A stretch of 64,000 nt of DNA from contig OY760183.1 of assembly GCA_963663275.1 (NCBI GenBank), positions 1,856,001 to 1,920,000 of the forward strand. The letters run 5' to 3'. Below the pieces are notes generated by a model. That model saw nothing but the letters and a program-made list of their open reading frames with translations. It had not been told where the DNA came from and searched no databases. Below are positions 48,201-57,174 of this stretch, piece by piece. A program made the translations under genes and the position numbers. How positions within the stretch are numbered: position 1 is the first letter of the stretch; the number at the start of each line of letters is the position of its first letter. Origin of the DNA: Chloroflexota bacterium (GTDB taxonomy: Bacteria; Chloroflexota; UBA11872; VXOZ01).

Positions 48201-49916
48201 GTGCTCCACCGCCAGTACCGCGTCGGCCGGCACCACGCGGTAGATCCAATGGCTGGCGCGCACTCGTGTGGTCGGTTCGGCGTAGATGCGGGTGTAGGCA
48301 AAGGCCCACGCCAGCGTGCCGAGCAGCACGAGGGCGGCGACGCCAACGGCGAGGTGGGGCAAGAAACGCTCGCGGGAGGATGGATTCCCGCTTTCGCGGG
48401 AATGACGGGACGGCGTGGAGTTGCTTTCGCGGGAATGTCGGGACGGCGTGGAGTTGCTCTCGCGGGAGTTACCGGATGGCGGGCTGCCGCTCTTGGAGAC
48501 GTGGCGGGATGCGGCGTTGCCGCTTTCAGCGGACTGAACAGAGGGTGGGCTATCACTGCCGCGAGCGCGGCGAGAAGGTGGGACCAAGCTGTCGCGGACG
48601 TGGCGCGCGTACCGCCGCAGGCGGCGCGCCCAGGCGTGCGCGTTGCCCTGGGCAATCTGGTAGGCCAGCCAGCAGAGGAACACGCCGCCGAGCACGGCGA
48701 AGGCCGGGTAGATGGGCAGAAAATAGCGTCCGGGCTTGGCGAACTGGATGGCTTGGTAGACATAATGGACGCTCACCCACACAACCACGGGCACGAAGAC
48801 GAGCGCGCGATGCCGCAAAACGCGCCAAATTGCCCAGAACAGTCCGAGCCAGGCCACGGCGGCAAAGGCCCACCCCATCTCCCAGAAGAACATCTGTTCG
48901 ATGGGAAAGAGCGCGTAGTCCGTGCGCGCCCAGCTATATGACGGCGGGAAGTCCACCGTGCCTCCCGCCAGCAAGCGCAGCGTCTCGATATCCTGCGTGT
49001 AGCGCTCATCGGGCCGGGGATCCCACCAGAAGGGAGAGCGGAAGACGTAGGGCAACAGCAGGCGGAGGACACCGTAGACCATAATGCCGCCCAGGAGCGC
49101 GTGTCCGGCAAGTCGCGCCAGCAGGCGCGGGGTGAGGGCCAACGGCGGGGGCGGATTCGACGCAGCCGGATGGGTCTCGCGCCAGGCCCGCAGCAGGAAG
49201 GCCGCGCCGATGGCAAAGGCCAGCATCGCCACGCCGAGTTTGCTCGCCAGCGCCAGACCGGCGACGATGCTGAGGCCAACCAGGTTGTACCAGCGTCCTT
49301 CCTCCTGCCAGCGCAGCGCCCACCAGAGGGCGATAGTGGCAAAGCACGTCACCCAGATGTCGGTTGTATAGAAGTGCGCCTGTTGGATCGATTGCACCGC
49401 GCCGGCGTAGAGTCCGGCGGCCAGCGCCCCGGCCCAGAGGCCGCCCAGACGCCGCGCGATGAGAAAGACGAAGACGATTGTCAGCACGTCGAGCGCGGCG
49501 GTGAGGAAACGGCCGACGAGGTGCGCGCCGTCGTAGACGTCCTTGTCGACCAGCCCGGCCACGGCTTTCGTGACGAACAGGGGCAGTGTGCCGTAGACGA
49601 ACGAGCCGATGCCCTGGTTATAGGGATTCAGGGGCGAGGTAGCCGCGTCGAAGTACTGCGGGATGGATTCCGGCCACCGCACTTGGGCGGTGGTGATGGT
49701 GATGTGCCGCTCGTCCGGGTGGAGATGCGTGCCGGAATCCCAGTCCAGGCCGGTGAAGCGAAACCACGCGCCCACCAGGAGAAACAGGGCGAGCAACAGC
49801 CACGGCCCGTACCGGGGAAGCAAGGAGGGGTTGAAGTACGACGTCAGCGGCGGCGCGTCCCGCCGGGAGCGGCCTCTCTGCTTGCGTCGTGCGGCGGAAG
49901 CGGCGCGGCGACTCAT
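45255..49916 (-). CDS. Large polytopic membrane protein: PMT/GT-C-like N-terminal half fused to a DUF2298 (Chlor_Arch_YYY) domain
   Basis: HPDER, FVYGTLP, EHWDD; GGEKPMD, PPYDPWFAGGYINYYYMG, EFPFFSFLYGDLHPH, RMNTVFKFY, GW..HE.LQR. Confidence 0.88.
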   Translation of the reverse strand: MSRRAASAARRKQRGRSRRDAPPLTSYFNPSLLPRYGPWLLLALFLLVGAWFRFTGLDWDSGTHLHPDERHITITTAQVRWPESIPQYFDAATSPLNPYNQGIGSFVYGTLPLFVTKAVAGLVDKDVYDGAHLVGRFLTAALDVLTIVFVFLIARRLGGLWAGALAAGLYAGAVQSIQQAHFYTTDIWVTCFATIALWWALRWQEEGRWYNLVGLSIVAGLALASKLGVAMLAFAIGAAFLLRAWRETHPAASNPPPPLALTPRLLARLAGHALLGGIMVYGVLRLLLPYVFRSPFWWDPRPDERYTQDIETLRLLAGGTVDFPPSYSWARTDYALFPIEQMFFWEMGWAFAAVAWLGLFWAIWRVLRHRALVFVPVVVWVSVHYVYQAIQFAKPGRYFLPIYPAFAVLGGVFLCWLAYQIAQGNAHAWARRLRRYARHVRDSLVPPSRRARGSDSPPSVQSAESGNAASRHVSKSGSPPSGNSRESNSTPSRHSRESNSTPSRHSRESGNPSSRERFLPHLAVGVAALVLLGTLAWAFAYTRIYAEPTTRVRASHWIYRVVPADAVLAVEHWDDGLPLRLPGQELAPERYKYVQIPVFYPDNAGKLDEMIEALNQADYVVISSGRTHTTLQGLPARFPMMGHYYRHLFAGSLGFEPAQAFTGYPRLFGWEINDSRAEEQFKVFDHPGVYLFKKTAAYDPARVRALLAPHLTTLYHALSPQQLTYNGLMLTDARRSEVAERGTWSAYFNRDGIVNAAPWLVWWLAVLLIGWLAWPLLWPMLPMMPDRGYLLAKSVGLLLLAYVPFLMGSSGLLNAGRAGTWLTFALLAAAGAWLVRRARGQFAQFLREHRAEILISEAVFSGAFLFFLWVRLTNPDLWHPYFGGEKPMDFAHMNALVKAGQYPPYDPWFAGGYINYYYMGHQVFSTLIRLLGIVPSVAFNLVVPLVAALFAANLYTFGSAVWRQAERKMRLLAGLSAIVFAALLGNADGALQWFARLRGEDGAAPAGLAWLGEALGNILRGRPAPGFDYWHSTRLIEGAIHEFPFFSFLYGDLHPHVLALPFTMLMPALALAFVLSYRTDEDDAARAAGSSVLTWLRPLLRFPTLPLLLLGGFVLGFLRTANTWDYPTYALLIGGAVVLVERRGLMRLEIPAWVRVGTAALGLFLVGRIAFGPYLDHYQTFFLGIVGIDDQTPLWQYLVIHAVPLFFTAVFLWCALPRWRATVDLRLVGGLIVLLAALGIWLVQRPLVLALLVVMALALVVAFAPHTAQESRSARPPRSGKRRRKTPQSSPSLGARPARLVAGMVALAALLGIFPEFLAIEGDVGRMNTVFKFYLQAWNLLALAAAVSLPLIWRHASAITRRTLLAVSALLVLVGLVYPLSAVPDRAEQRLVPELRTLDGAAFMEQAVIVDQDRQIPLKWDLEAIRWLQDHVDGTPTVLEATIPYFRWGARVSIHTGLPAVLGWDSHEWLQRAEYRPMIEQRRQDVQTIYETADLSQALALLRQYGVDYVYLGDLERAYYTGAGLEKFEQMAGLGIIPVFRNERVTIYRVEPN
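48382..48610 (-). repeat. In-frame REP-derived 33-bp (11-aa) tandem repeat inside the DUF2298 CDS
   Basis: GGATTCCCGCTTTCGCGGGAATGAC followed by 33-bp units; protein reads SRHSRESNSTP repeats. Confidence 0.85.
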
Positions 49917-51118
49917 GTTACCCCTTGCGCGCGGCGCACAGCCTGCGTTGCTGCCGCAAGTTCGGGCGCGCGGTCGTCGTGAGCGATCCGGTTTGTGCGG
50001 TAGAGTTCTTCATGCAGGTCAACGGTGCGCTCGCAGTCGAATATGCTTGCTATTTCGGCGCGCGGCTTGGTAAAGCTGGCGGGATCGTCCAGCACCGCCA
50101 GCAGCGCCTCCGCCAATGCGGCGCTGTCGCCCGGCGGCGCGATGCGCCCCATGCCGGTCAGACGCACCGGTTGACGACAGCCGGGCAAATCCGACGCCAC
50201 TACCGGCGTGCCGCAGAGCATGGCCTCCACCTGCACGATGCCGAACGATTCCATGGGATTGATGCTCGGTAGGGTGAGCACGTCGCACGCGGCGTAGAAG
50301 GCGGCGAGGTCTTTCCCCTCCTGGTGGCCCAGCAATACGACGCTATCGCCGAACGCCTCGAGGCGGGAGCGCAACTGCTCGTAGTAATTCTCCCCCACCA
50401 CGTTGCGGTACTCGCCCGCGATGACCAGGCGCGCCTCCGGCAGGCGGCGCTGCACGGCGGCAAGCGCGTCGAAGAGGACGTGGAGGCCCTTCTGTTCGGC
50501 AAAGCGACCGGCAAAGCCGATGAGCGGCCCCTCCAGGCCGTGGGCGCGGCGGAAGGCGTCGGCGTCTTCCGCAGTGACGGCCTCGATCTCCACCGGCGGA
50601 TGAATGACGGCTGTCTTGTCAAGATGGTGAGAGAGCAGGTATGAGTGCTCGGCAAAGTCCCAGGTGTAGGAGCAGAGCCAGTCGGCGCGGCGGGCGGCAA
50701 AGCCCTGCATCAGGTTGACCGCGGCCCCCGCCGCGCGGTTGACGATGCCGGCGGGCAGGTGAAGGTCGGTGTGGGCGGTGAGTACGAGCGGCCGGCGTCC
50801 CCGGTTCACCAGGGCCGCGTACGCCGCCTCGAAGTACGGCAGGTGGACGTGCACGACGTCGTGGTCGGCCAAGCGCCGGCTCAGCGAGGTGAAGAGCGCG
50901 GGCATAACCGGCCCTTTGCTCACGCGCACAAGCTCCGGCAGACGCAACACGCGCACACCCTCCAGCCGCTCCTCCGCCGGCAGCGCCGGGTGGTGCCGGG
51001 ACGTGAGCGCCGTAACCGTATGGCCGCGCTGGGCAAGCCCCCGGGCGACGCGGTGCATGTAGGCCGTGATGCCGCTGCTGTGAGGCAGATAGTAGGTTGT
51101 GAGATAGATGATTCGCAT
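49913..51118 (-). CDS. Glycosyltransferase family 4
   Basis: YYLPHSSG, FAGRFAEQKG, ESFGIVQVEAM..G.PVVASD. Confidence 0.92.
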   Translation of the reverse strand: MRIIYLTTYYLPHSSGITAYMHRVARGLAQRGHTVTALTSRHHPALPAEERLEGVRVLRLPELVRVSKGPVMPALFTSLSRRLADHDVVHVHLPYFEAAYAALVNRGRRPLVLTAHTDLHLPAGIVNRAAGAAVNLMQGFAARRADWLCSYTWDFAEHSYLLSHHLDKTAVIHPPVEIEAVTAEDADAFRRAHGLEGPLIGFAGRFAEQKGLHVLFDALAAVQRRLPEARLVIAGEYRNVVGENYYEQLRSRLEAFGDSVVLLGHQEGKDLAAFYAACDVLTLPSINPMESFGIVQVEAMLCGTPVVASDLPGCRQPVRLTGMGRIAPPGDSAALAEALLAVLDDPASFTKPRAEIASIFDCERTVDLHEELYRTNRIAHDDRAPELAAATQAVRRAQGVT

Positions 51119-51496
51119 GTTCGCTCGGTGGTGCGCAGGCTCACTCTACGATAGCGTCTTTGGGGTAGCGGTGTCACCTTTCGCGGCAGGCGGACGCTAC
51201 GCCGGCGGCGCTTGGGACTTGTGCAAAACCGCCGCGCCGCGCCAATGATGGGCGCGCAACGGGTTGGATGGGGTAGACTGTTCTGGGCGGACGGCGCTTG
51301 AGCGGCCGGGTGCGCCTTGCTTGTCGCTTCGCAGCGCCTTTTGGGCAAGGTTTAGGCGATTGCCGTTCTTTGCTTTGCGGTTCGAATGGCGAGCGCAATC
51401 TGCGTGATCAGATGCTCGGACGAATCCGAAATTGGAAGCGCGCACATTCAATCGTGCGCAGCGCGTCCGGCGGCGTGAAAGTAAACGGATCCCACG

Positions 51497-52324
51497 ATGA
51501 ACGCTCCCCCCGAGGCGGCGGTTGCCGCGCTTCTGGCGCACGAGATCGATCCGGCGTTCGCCTGCCGGGCCGGCCTGATTCTGCGTCATCTGAGCGCGGC
51601 CGGCGCCGGCAACATTCTGGACGTAGGCTGCGGCCGCGGGTTCTACGCCAAGGCCGTTAGCTCGCTCTATCCGCGGGCCGCCGTGGTCGGGGTGGACTAT
51701 AGCGCCGACCACCTTGCCGTTGCCCGGGGGCAGACCCCGGCAGCGGGTTTCGCCCGCGCCGACGCCCGCACGCTGCCCTTTCCCGATGGGGCGTTCGACG
51801 CGGTCGTCTGCTCCGAAGTGCTGGAACACATCGTGGAGGATGACCTGGCGCTCAGCGAAATCGGCCGCGTGCTCAGCGACGACGGGCTGCTGCTTATCTC
51901 CGTGCCCCACCGGCGGTATCCGCTTCTCTGGGATCCGCTCAACTGGATACTGGAGCGCGCCTTCGGCAGGCACGTGCCCGCGCACATCTGGTGGCTGGCG
52001 GGCATCTGGGCCGATCACGTGCGGCTCTATACGTCCGCTGAACTCACGGGCGCGGTGCGCGCCGCCGGGTTCGAACTGGAAGAGGTGTGGTTTACGACGC
52101 CCCGCTGCCTGCCGTTTGCGCACTTTGCGCTCTACGGCATCGGCAAGAATCTGGTCGAACGGGGTTACTGTGCCTCCTGCAACCGCTTCGGCCAAGAGCA
52201 GGGAGGCTCCCGCCTCTTTCGATGGGCGCGGCGGCTGTTGTACGCGTTCGACGACCCGCAACCGGCGCGCACCGCCGAGACCGCTTCCGTCGGCATCGTG
52301 TTGAAAGCGCGCAAACGGGGCTGA
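51497..52324 (+). CDS. Class I SAM-dependent methyltransferase
   Basis: ILDVGCGRG, GVDYS, LPFPDGAFD, SEVLEHI, HVRLY. Confidence 0.9.
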   Translation: MNAPPEAAVAALLAHEIDPAFACRAGLILRHLSAAGAGNILDVGCGRGFYAKAVSSLYPRAAVVGVDYSADHLAVARGQTPAAGFARADARTLPFPDGAFDAVVCSEVLEHIVEDDLALSEIGRVLSDDGLLLISVPHRRYPLLWDPLNWILERAFGRHVPAHIWWLAGIWADHVRLYTSAELTGAVRAAGFELEEVWFTTPRCLPFAHFALYGIGKNLVERGYCASCNRFGQEQGGSRLFRWARRLLYAFDDPQPARTAETASVGIVLKARKRG

Positions 52325-52383
52325 ATTCGAGCCGCGCCGCCGGAGCACGGGAATTCCGCTTAGGGCTATGTCTGTCACGCGGG

Positions 52384-52740
52384 GTAGGGGCACGACATGT
52401 CGTGCCCCTACCCCTTTGCCGCCCCTTCTAACCCGTAGCGCGGGGGCTTGTCCCCCGCCTCATGGGAAGCGGTGAGGAGAAGCCTTGTCCCCCGCCTCAT
52501 AGGCAGCGATAGGGCGAGGTCTTGTCCCCAATGTTGTCGCACTAATCGCTATAAGAGTGAAGAATGTGCCTCCTTCTCCGGTAGCGCAGGTTCGCACGAG
52601 ACGTGCGCATAACCTGCGTCTTCCGTAGGGTCAATCGATTCCGTTCTCGTGTTTCTTATTCCGGCGGGGGACAAGCCCCCGCGCTACATTTACGCTCATG
52701 GGAAGGCGGTAGGGCGAGGCCTTGTGCCTCGCCTCTTGGC
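52384..52740. repeat. Composite REP mosaic (BIME-like); inverted homologue at ~61034-61245
   Basis: Shared non-palindromic linkers and the insert-bearing GCAGGTTCGCACGAGACGTGCGCATAACCTGC unit. Confidence 0.8.
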
Positions 52741-52776
52741 GCGAAAATGCTATCACCGGCTTAGAGCGCGCCTGGC

Positions 52777-53289
52777 TCAGGAAGGCGTATCGGCAGGCGG
52801 GTCCGGCGGGAGTTGCCGTTCCTTGACGGTACCGACCTCCAGCACCCCAAAACGCTTGAGCAGCGTAAACTCCAATTCCACGCCGCCGTAGCGCGCCGTA
52901 GTCCAGCGCATGACGTACGTGCCCGGCTCCAGGACGCCTTGCCAGGTGACGAGCGTGGCCTCCTCGCCGGCGGTGAGTTTTTCAAGCGTGTCCTGCGTAA
53001 AGCGCGCCAGCAACTGCTGGCCCTCATTGAAGACTTCGCCGCGGCCGTCCAGGTGCTCGTCCCGGGCAAAGAGCCGGTCGCCGACGTTGCGGGCGACGAT
53101 GGTGATCTCGGTTTGCGCTTGTTCGTCCAGCCGGACGCTGCTGGCAAACGCCAAACGGCGGTCGTCGTCGCCGCCGAGGGTGCAGCCGGCCAGGAGCGCG
53201 CACGCGAGCACGAGGACGCCGAGCAGAACGGCAAGATCCCAGGCGGCGCGCATCCGGCGCGCTATGCGTGAATCTCCGTTGAATTGCAT
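52777..53289 (-). CDS. Hypothetical lipoprotein (Ig-like beta sandwich)
   Basis: Lipobox LLAGC, LEPGTY motif, downstream of the M16 peptidase. Confidence 0.7.
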   Translation of the reverse strand: MQFNGDSRIARRMRAAWDLAVLLGVLVLACALLAGCTLGGDDDRRLAFASSVRLDEQAQTEITIVARNVGDRLFARDEHLDGRGEVFNEGQQLLARFTQDTLEKLTAGEEATLVTWQGVLEPGTYVMRWTTARYGGVELEFTLLKRFGVLEVGTVKERQLPPDPPADTPS

Positions 53290-53321
53290 GGTTCTCGTCT
53301 CGCCAGCCGCCGCCGCGTGCC

Positions 53322-54587
53322 TCACAGCGTCACCAGCGGCAGGAGTTCCTGGCTGCTGTCGCGCGGGCCGATGACGGCCAGCTTGGCCGCGTTGTCGGTG
53401 AAGACGCGCGCGGCGGCGCGCTGGATGTCGTCCGCGGTCACCGCCTCGATGCGGGCCACGGCTTCGTCGGGCGTGATGAGTTTGCCGTGGAGCAACTCGC
53501 GCACGCCGCCCCAGCCGGCCACGCTTTGCGTGCTCTCCATGCGGAGCAGGAGGTGTCCCTTGGTGAACTCCTTGGCCTTGCGCAGTTCCGCCTCCGGCAC
53601 GGGTTCTCTCATGCCGCGAATCTGGTCCATGATGCAGCGCAAGGCGTCCGGGGCGTGGCCGGGATCGACGCCACCGTAGACCGTGAAGATGCCGGTATCC
53701 TGGTGGTAGCCCGCGTACGAGCCGACGCTGTACGCCAGGCCGCGCTTCTCGCGCACCTCCAGGAAGAGGCGCGAACTCATGCCTTCGCCGAGAACCGTGC
53801 TGAGCAGTCCCAGGGCGTAGCGATCCTCATCGAACATCGAGATGCCGGGGAAAGAGAGCAGCAGGCTCATCTGCTCCACCGATTCCCGCCCTTCGCCGAC
53901 CGCGCGCGGCTCGGGAGCGGGGGCTTCCCAGGGCGCGTAATCGGCAGGCGCGCCGTTCGTCCACGCGCCGTAGAGGCGCACCGCGTCGGCGGCCACCTGC
54001 TCGTGGGTGACGTTGCCCGCCACCGCCAGCACCGTGTTTTGCGGGCTGTACATGCGGCCGCGGTAATCGTGGATCATCGCCGGCGTAATGCCCTGCACGG
54101 TCTCCGGACTGCCGCCGATGTCCCGGCCCAGCGGGTGCCCCGGCCAGCAAATCTGGTCGCTGAGGATGCTCACCCAACTGCGCGGGTCGTCGTGGTACAT
54201 GCGCAACTCTTCCAGGATCACGCCTTGCTCGCGCTTCAGTTCATCGCCATCCAGCAGCGGGTTGAGGAAGATGTCGGCCAGCAACTCCATCGACAAGGTG
54301 TAGTGGGACTGGGCCACGCGGCACCAGTAATCCACGATTTCCCTGTCGGTACTGGCGTTCATGGAGCCGCCGACGCCCTCGATGGACTCGCTCACGATCT
54401 GCGCCGTGGGAAAGCGCGCGCTGCCCTTGAAGAGCATGTGCTCGAAGACGTGGGCGATGCCGGCTTCGGCGTCGTGTTCGTAACGCGACCCGGCGCGCAC
54501 GAGCACGATGACCGATACCGAGCGCGTGTGGGGCAGTGTGGACGTGACGACGCGCATGCCGTTCGCCAACGTGGTCTTATCGAACAT
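53322..54587 (-). CDS. M16B (pitrilysin family) zinc peptidase
   Basis: GIAHVFEHMLFKG (HxxEH), NAST..E, SSRLF.EVREKRGLAY; start re-called to ATG 54587. Confidence 0.93.
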   Translation of the reverse strand: MFDKTTLANGMRVVTSTLPHTRSVSVIVLVRAGSRYEHDAEAGIAHVFEHMLFKGSARFPTAQIVSESIEGVGGSMNASTDREIVDYWCRVAQSHYTLSMELLADIFLNPLLDGDELKREQGVILEELRMYHDDPRSWVSILSDQICWPGHPLGRDIGGSPETVQGITPAMIHDYRGRMYSPQNTVLAVAGNVTHEQVAADAVRLYGAWTNGAPADYAPWEAPAPEPRAVGEGRESVEQMSLLLSFPGISMFDEDRYALGLLSTVLGEGMSSRLFLEVREKRGLAYSVGSYAGYHQDTGIFTVYGGVDPGHAPDALRCIMDQIRGMREPVPEAELRKAKEFTKGHLLLRMESTQSVAGWGGVRELLHGKLITPDEAVARIEAVTADDIQRAAARVFTDNAAKLAVIGPRDSSQELLPLVTL

Positions 54588-54943
54588 AGATTGAATGTCC
54601 TTGGGTACTTCGACTTTACTGCAAGAGAGCACGTACGGGATTCGCGCCCGCGGGCGGCACTCTTACGTAGTCCCATTGTACTCTACACCGCGCTCTTGAA
54701 TGCGCTGCCCGCGGCCCTGCGCGCGCAAGGCTGCATGAATAGGCGTAAAACACCCTTTGCGCCGCTATTTCAACCATGCTACCGTAGGAGAGAGGACGCT
54801 ACTGCAAGAAATGAAGTGACGCGGCCGCGATTCGGCGGGTAGCGCGGCAGGGTACGCGCCGCGTGACTTTTCTGCTCGAGAGACTTTTCCCTGCTGAACG
54901 TGGAGTTGTAGCCAATACTGCGCCGCTAGAGAGGTGATACGGC

Positions 54944-56017
54944 ATGGCAACGAATGGAACCCCCCGAACCGAGGACTTGGTAGACGCGCTGCGCGTGGTG
55001 CAGGACCCCGACCTGCACAAGGACATCGTCACCCTGAACATGGTGCGGGAGATGACGTTCGACAAAGGCACGGCGGCGTTTCAACTGGTGCTGACCACGC
55101 CCGCCTGCCCGATGAAAGAGCACCTGGAGAACGAGTGCCGCAAGGCGCTGCTGGGCGTGCCCGGCGTGCAGGCGGTGGAAATCGACACCCGCTCGGAAGT
55201 GGCCAAGCGCATGGCGCCCGAGGCGGATGATGTCCTGACCGGCGTGAAGAACGTGCTCTTCGTGGCCAGCGGCAAGGGCGGCGTGGGCAAGTCCACCACC
55301 GCCGTTAATCTGGCTATTGCCTTGGCCCAGTCCGGCGCGGCGGTGGGGTTGCTCGACGCCGACGTGTACGGCCCGAACGTCCCCATGATGATGGGGTCGC
55401 ACGCGCAACTGCGCGGCGCGGGCAACAAGGTGATTCCCGCCGAGGCGTACGGCATTACGCTCATGTCCGCCGGCTTCGTCATCAAGCCGGAACAGGCCAT
55501 CATCTGGCGCGGTCCGATCGTGCACCGCTTGCTTACGCAGTTTCTCGGCGACGTGCATTGGGGCGAGCGCGACTACCTGGTGGTGGACCTGCCGCCCGGC
55601 ACCGGCGACGCGCCGCTGAGCCTGGCGCAGTCCATCCCCGGCGCGGGCGCGGTGATCGTCTGCACCCCGCAGGACGTGGCGCTGTCCGATGCCCGCAAAG
55701 CCATCGGCATGTTCCAGCAACTGCGCGTGCCGATTCTGGGCATCGTGGAGAACATGAGCTATTTCCTCTGCCCCCACTGCGACGAGCGCACGGAAATCTT
55801 CAGCCACGGCGGCGCGCGCCAGGCGGCTGAAGCCATGGGCGTGCCTTTCCTGGGCGAGGTGCCCCTGAACGTGGCCATCCGCGAGGGCGGCGACAGCGGC
55901 AAACCCGTCGCCGCCACCGAACCGGACTCCCACCTGGCCGCCATCTACCGCGAAGTTGCCGGGGCGGTGGCGCAACAGATCAGCATCGCCGGCCAAGAGG
56001 CGGTGGTGATCAACTGA
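54944..56017 (+). CDS. mrp: Mrp/ApbC (NBP35 family) Fe-S cluster carrier ATPase
   Basis: N-terminal DUF59 (LTTPACP), SGKGGVGKST, DADVYGP, DLPPGTGD, ENMSYF.CPHC. Confidence 0.95.
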   Translation: MATNGTPRTEDLVDALRVVQDPDLHKDIVTLNMVREMTFDKGTAAFQLVLTTPACPMKEHLENECRKALLGVPGVQAVEIDTRSEVAKRMAPEADDVLTGVKNVLFVASGKGGVGKSTTAVNLAIALAQSGAAVGLLDADVYGPNVPMMMGSHAQLRGAGNKVIPAEAYGITLMSAGFVIKPEQAIIWRGPIVHRLLTQFLGDVHWGERDYLVVDLPPGTGDAPLSLAQSIPGAGAVIVCTPQDVALSDARKAIGMFQQLRVPILGIVENMSYFLCPHCDERTEIFSHGGARQAAEAMGVPFLGEVPLNVAIREGGDSGKPVAATEPDSHLAAIYREVAGAVAQQISIAGQEAVVIN

Positions 56018-56079
56018 GGCACTGAACCGGCGGTATTCAAACAGAACACAAGGGTGAATGGACTGTTGGAGATTGGCAG

Positions 56080-57174
56080 ATGGCGATAGCAGTCGCAGAC
56101 ACGGGTGCTGAAACCGAAGTTGAGGACATCCTCGGCTCTGAGGAAGAGATTCCTTTCACGTACTCGATTACAAGCTATGGCGCCGACTTTACCCTCGATG
56201 GCTTGGTGCGGCGAATCCAGGATGGTGACATCATAGTGCCATCCTTCCAGCGCGGGTACGTTTGGAATCAGAAGCAGGCATCCCTTCTCATCGAGTCCTT
56301 CCTGATTGGTCTGCCCGTGCCGGGCATCTTTCTTTCTCAGGAAGAAGATCAGACCTTGCTAGTGATTGACGGGCAGCAAAGGTTACGCACGCTTCAATAC
56401 TTCTACGAGGGTGCATTCGGCCCGGAGAGTCCCCGCTTCTCTGATAAGGAGTTCTCGCTAAGTGACGTTAGTGAAGCATTCCAGGGCAAGACGTACACGA
56501 CGCTCTCTCCCCAATATCGACGGCTACTTGACAATTCTCTACTGCACGCGACGATTGTCAAGCAAATTGAGCCAGAAGATGACAATAGCAGTGTCTATCT
56601 TCTCTTCGAGCGTCTGAATACGCAGGGAGTTCAACTCCAGCCACAGGAGATTCGCAACTCCATCTATCGCGGATCACTCAACGAGGCGCTCAAGGACTTG
56701 AACGACAATCAACCGTGGCGCCATATCTTTGGCAATGTGCACTCTCGCGCTAAAGATCAAGAACTCATCCTGCGGTTTCTTGCCCTTTACTTTTACGGAG
56801 AAAACTATTCGCGACCAATGAAGGGCTTTCTGAATGTCTACATGGACAAGAACCGGGACTTGGAATTGAACACGCGAGAAGAGATGACTCGGGCATTCGC
56901 GCCTACAATTGAGCTTATCGACAATGTGTTGGGCAGAAAGGCGTTCCGCCCCACGGCAACTTTGAACGCAGCCGTTTTCGATGCAGTTATGGTTGCTACC
57001 GCCAGGAGACTCGAACGAGGCGCTATTGCCAATTCAGCAGAGTTCGAGCAAGAGTACGATGGGCTTCTACGTAACGAGGAGTTTATCTCATTTACAAGAA
57101 GCGGTACAACGGACGTGGCGCGTGTCCGGCGAAGACTTGACTTAGCCACCACAACACTTGCTGACGTGGAGTGA
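56080..57174 (+). CDS. DUF262 (GmrSD N-terminal/ParB-like) domain protein
   Basis: PSFQRGYVW, LIESFLIGLPVP, VIDGQQRL, FERLN..G; lower GC. Confidence 0.88.
   Translation: MAIAVADTGAETEVEDILGSEEEIPFTYSITSYGADFTLDGLVRRIQDGDIIVPSFQRGYVWNQKQASLLIESFLIGLPVPGIFLSQEEDQTLLVIDGQQRLRTLQYFYEGAFGPESPRFSDKEFSLSDVSEAFQGKTYTTLSPQYRRLLDNSLLHATIVKQIEPEDDNSSVYLLFERLNTQGVQLQPQEIRNSIYRGSLNEALKDLNDNQPWRHIFGNVHSRAKDQELILRFLALYFYGENYSRPMKGFLNVYMDKNRDLELNTREEMTRAFAPTIELIDNVLGRKAFRPTATLNAAVFDAVMVATARRLERGAIANSAEFEQEYDGLLRNEEFISFTRSGTTDVARVRRRLDLATTTLADVE

Noticed and set aside
45852-48941. 1029-aa plus-strand ORF (likewise 14444-16723, 35226-37655, 53487-54842, 42610-44157)
   Set aside because: Antisense shadows of well-supported GC-rich genes; no recognisable motifs.
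49125-49160. Possible third coding REP remnant (CCCTCACCCCG) in the DUF2298 gene
   Set aside because: Only ~11 bp match and no second arm; likely chance in GC-rich DNA.
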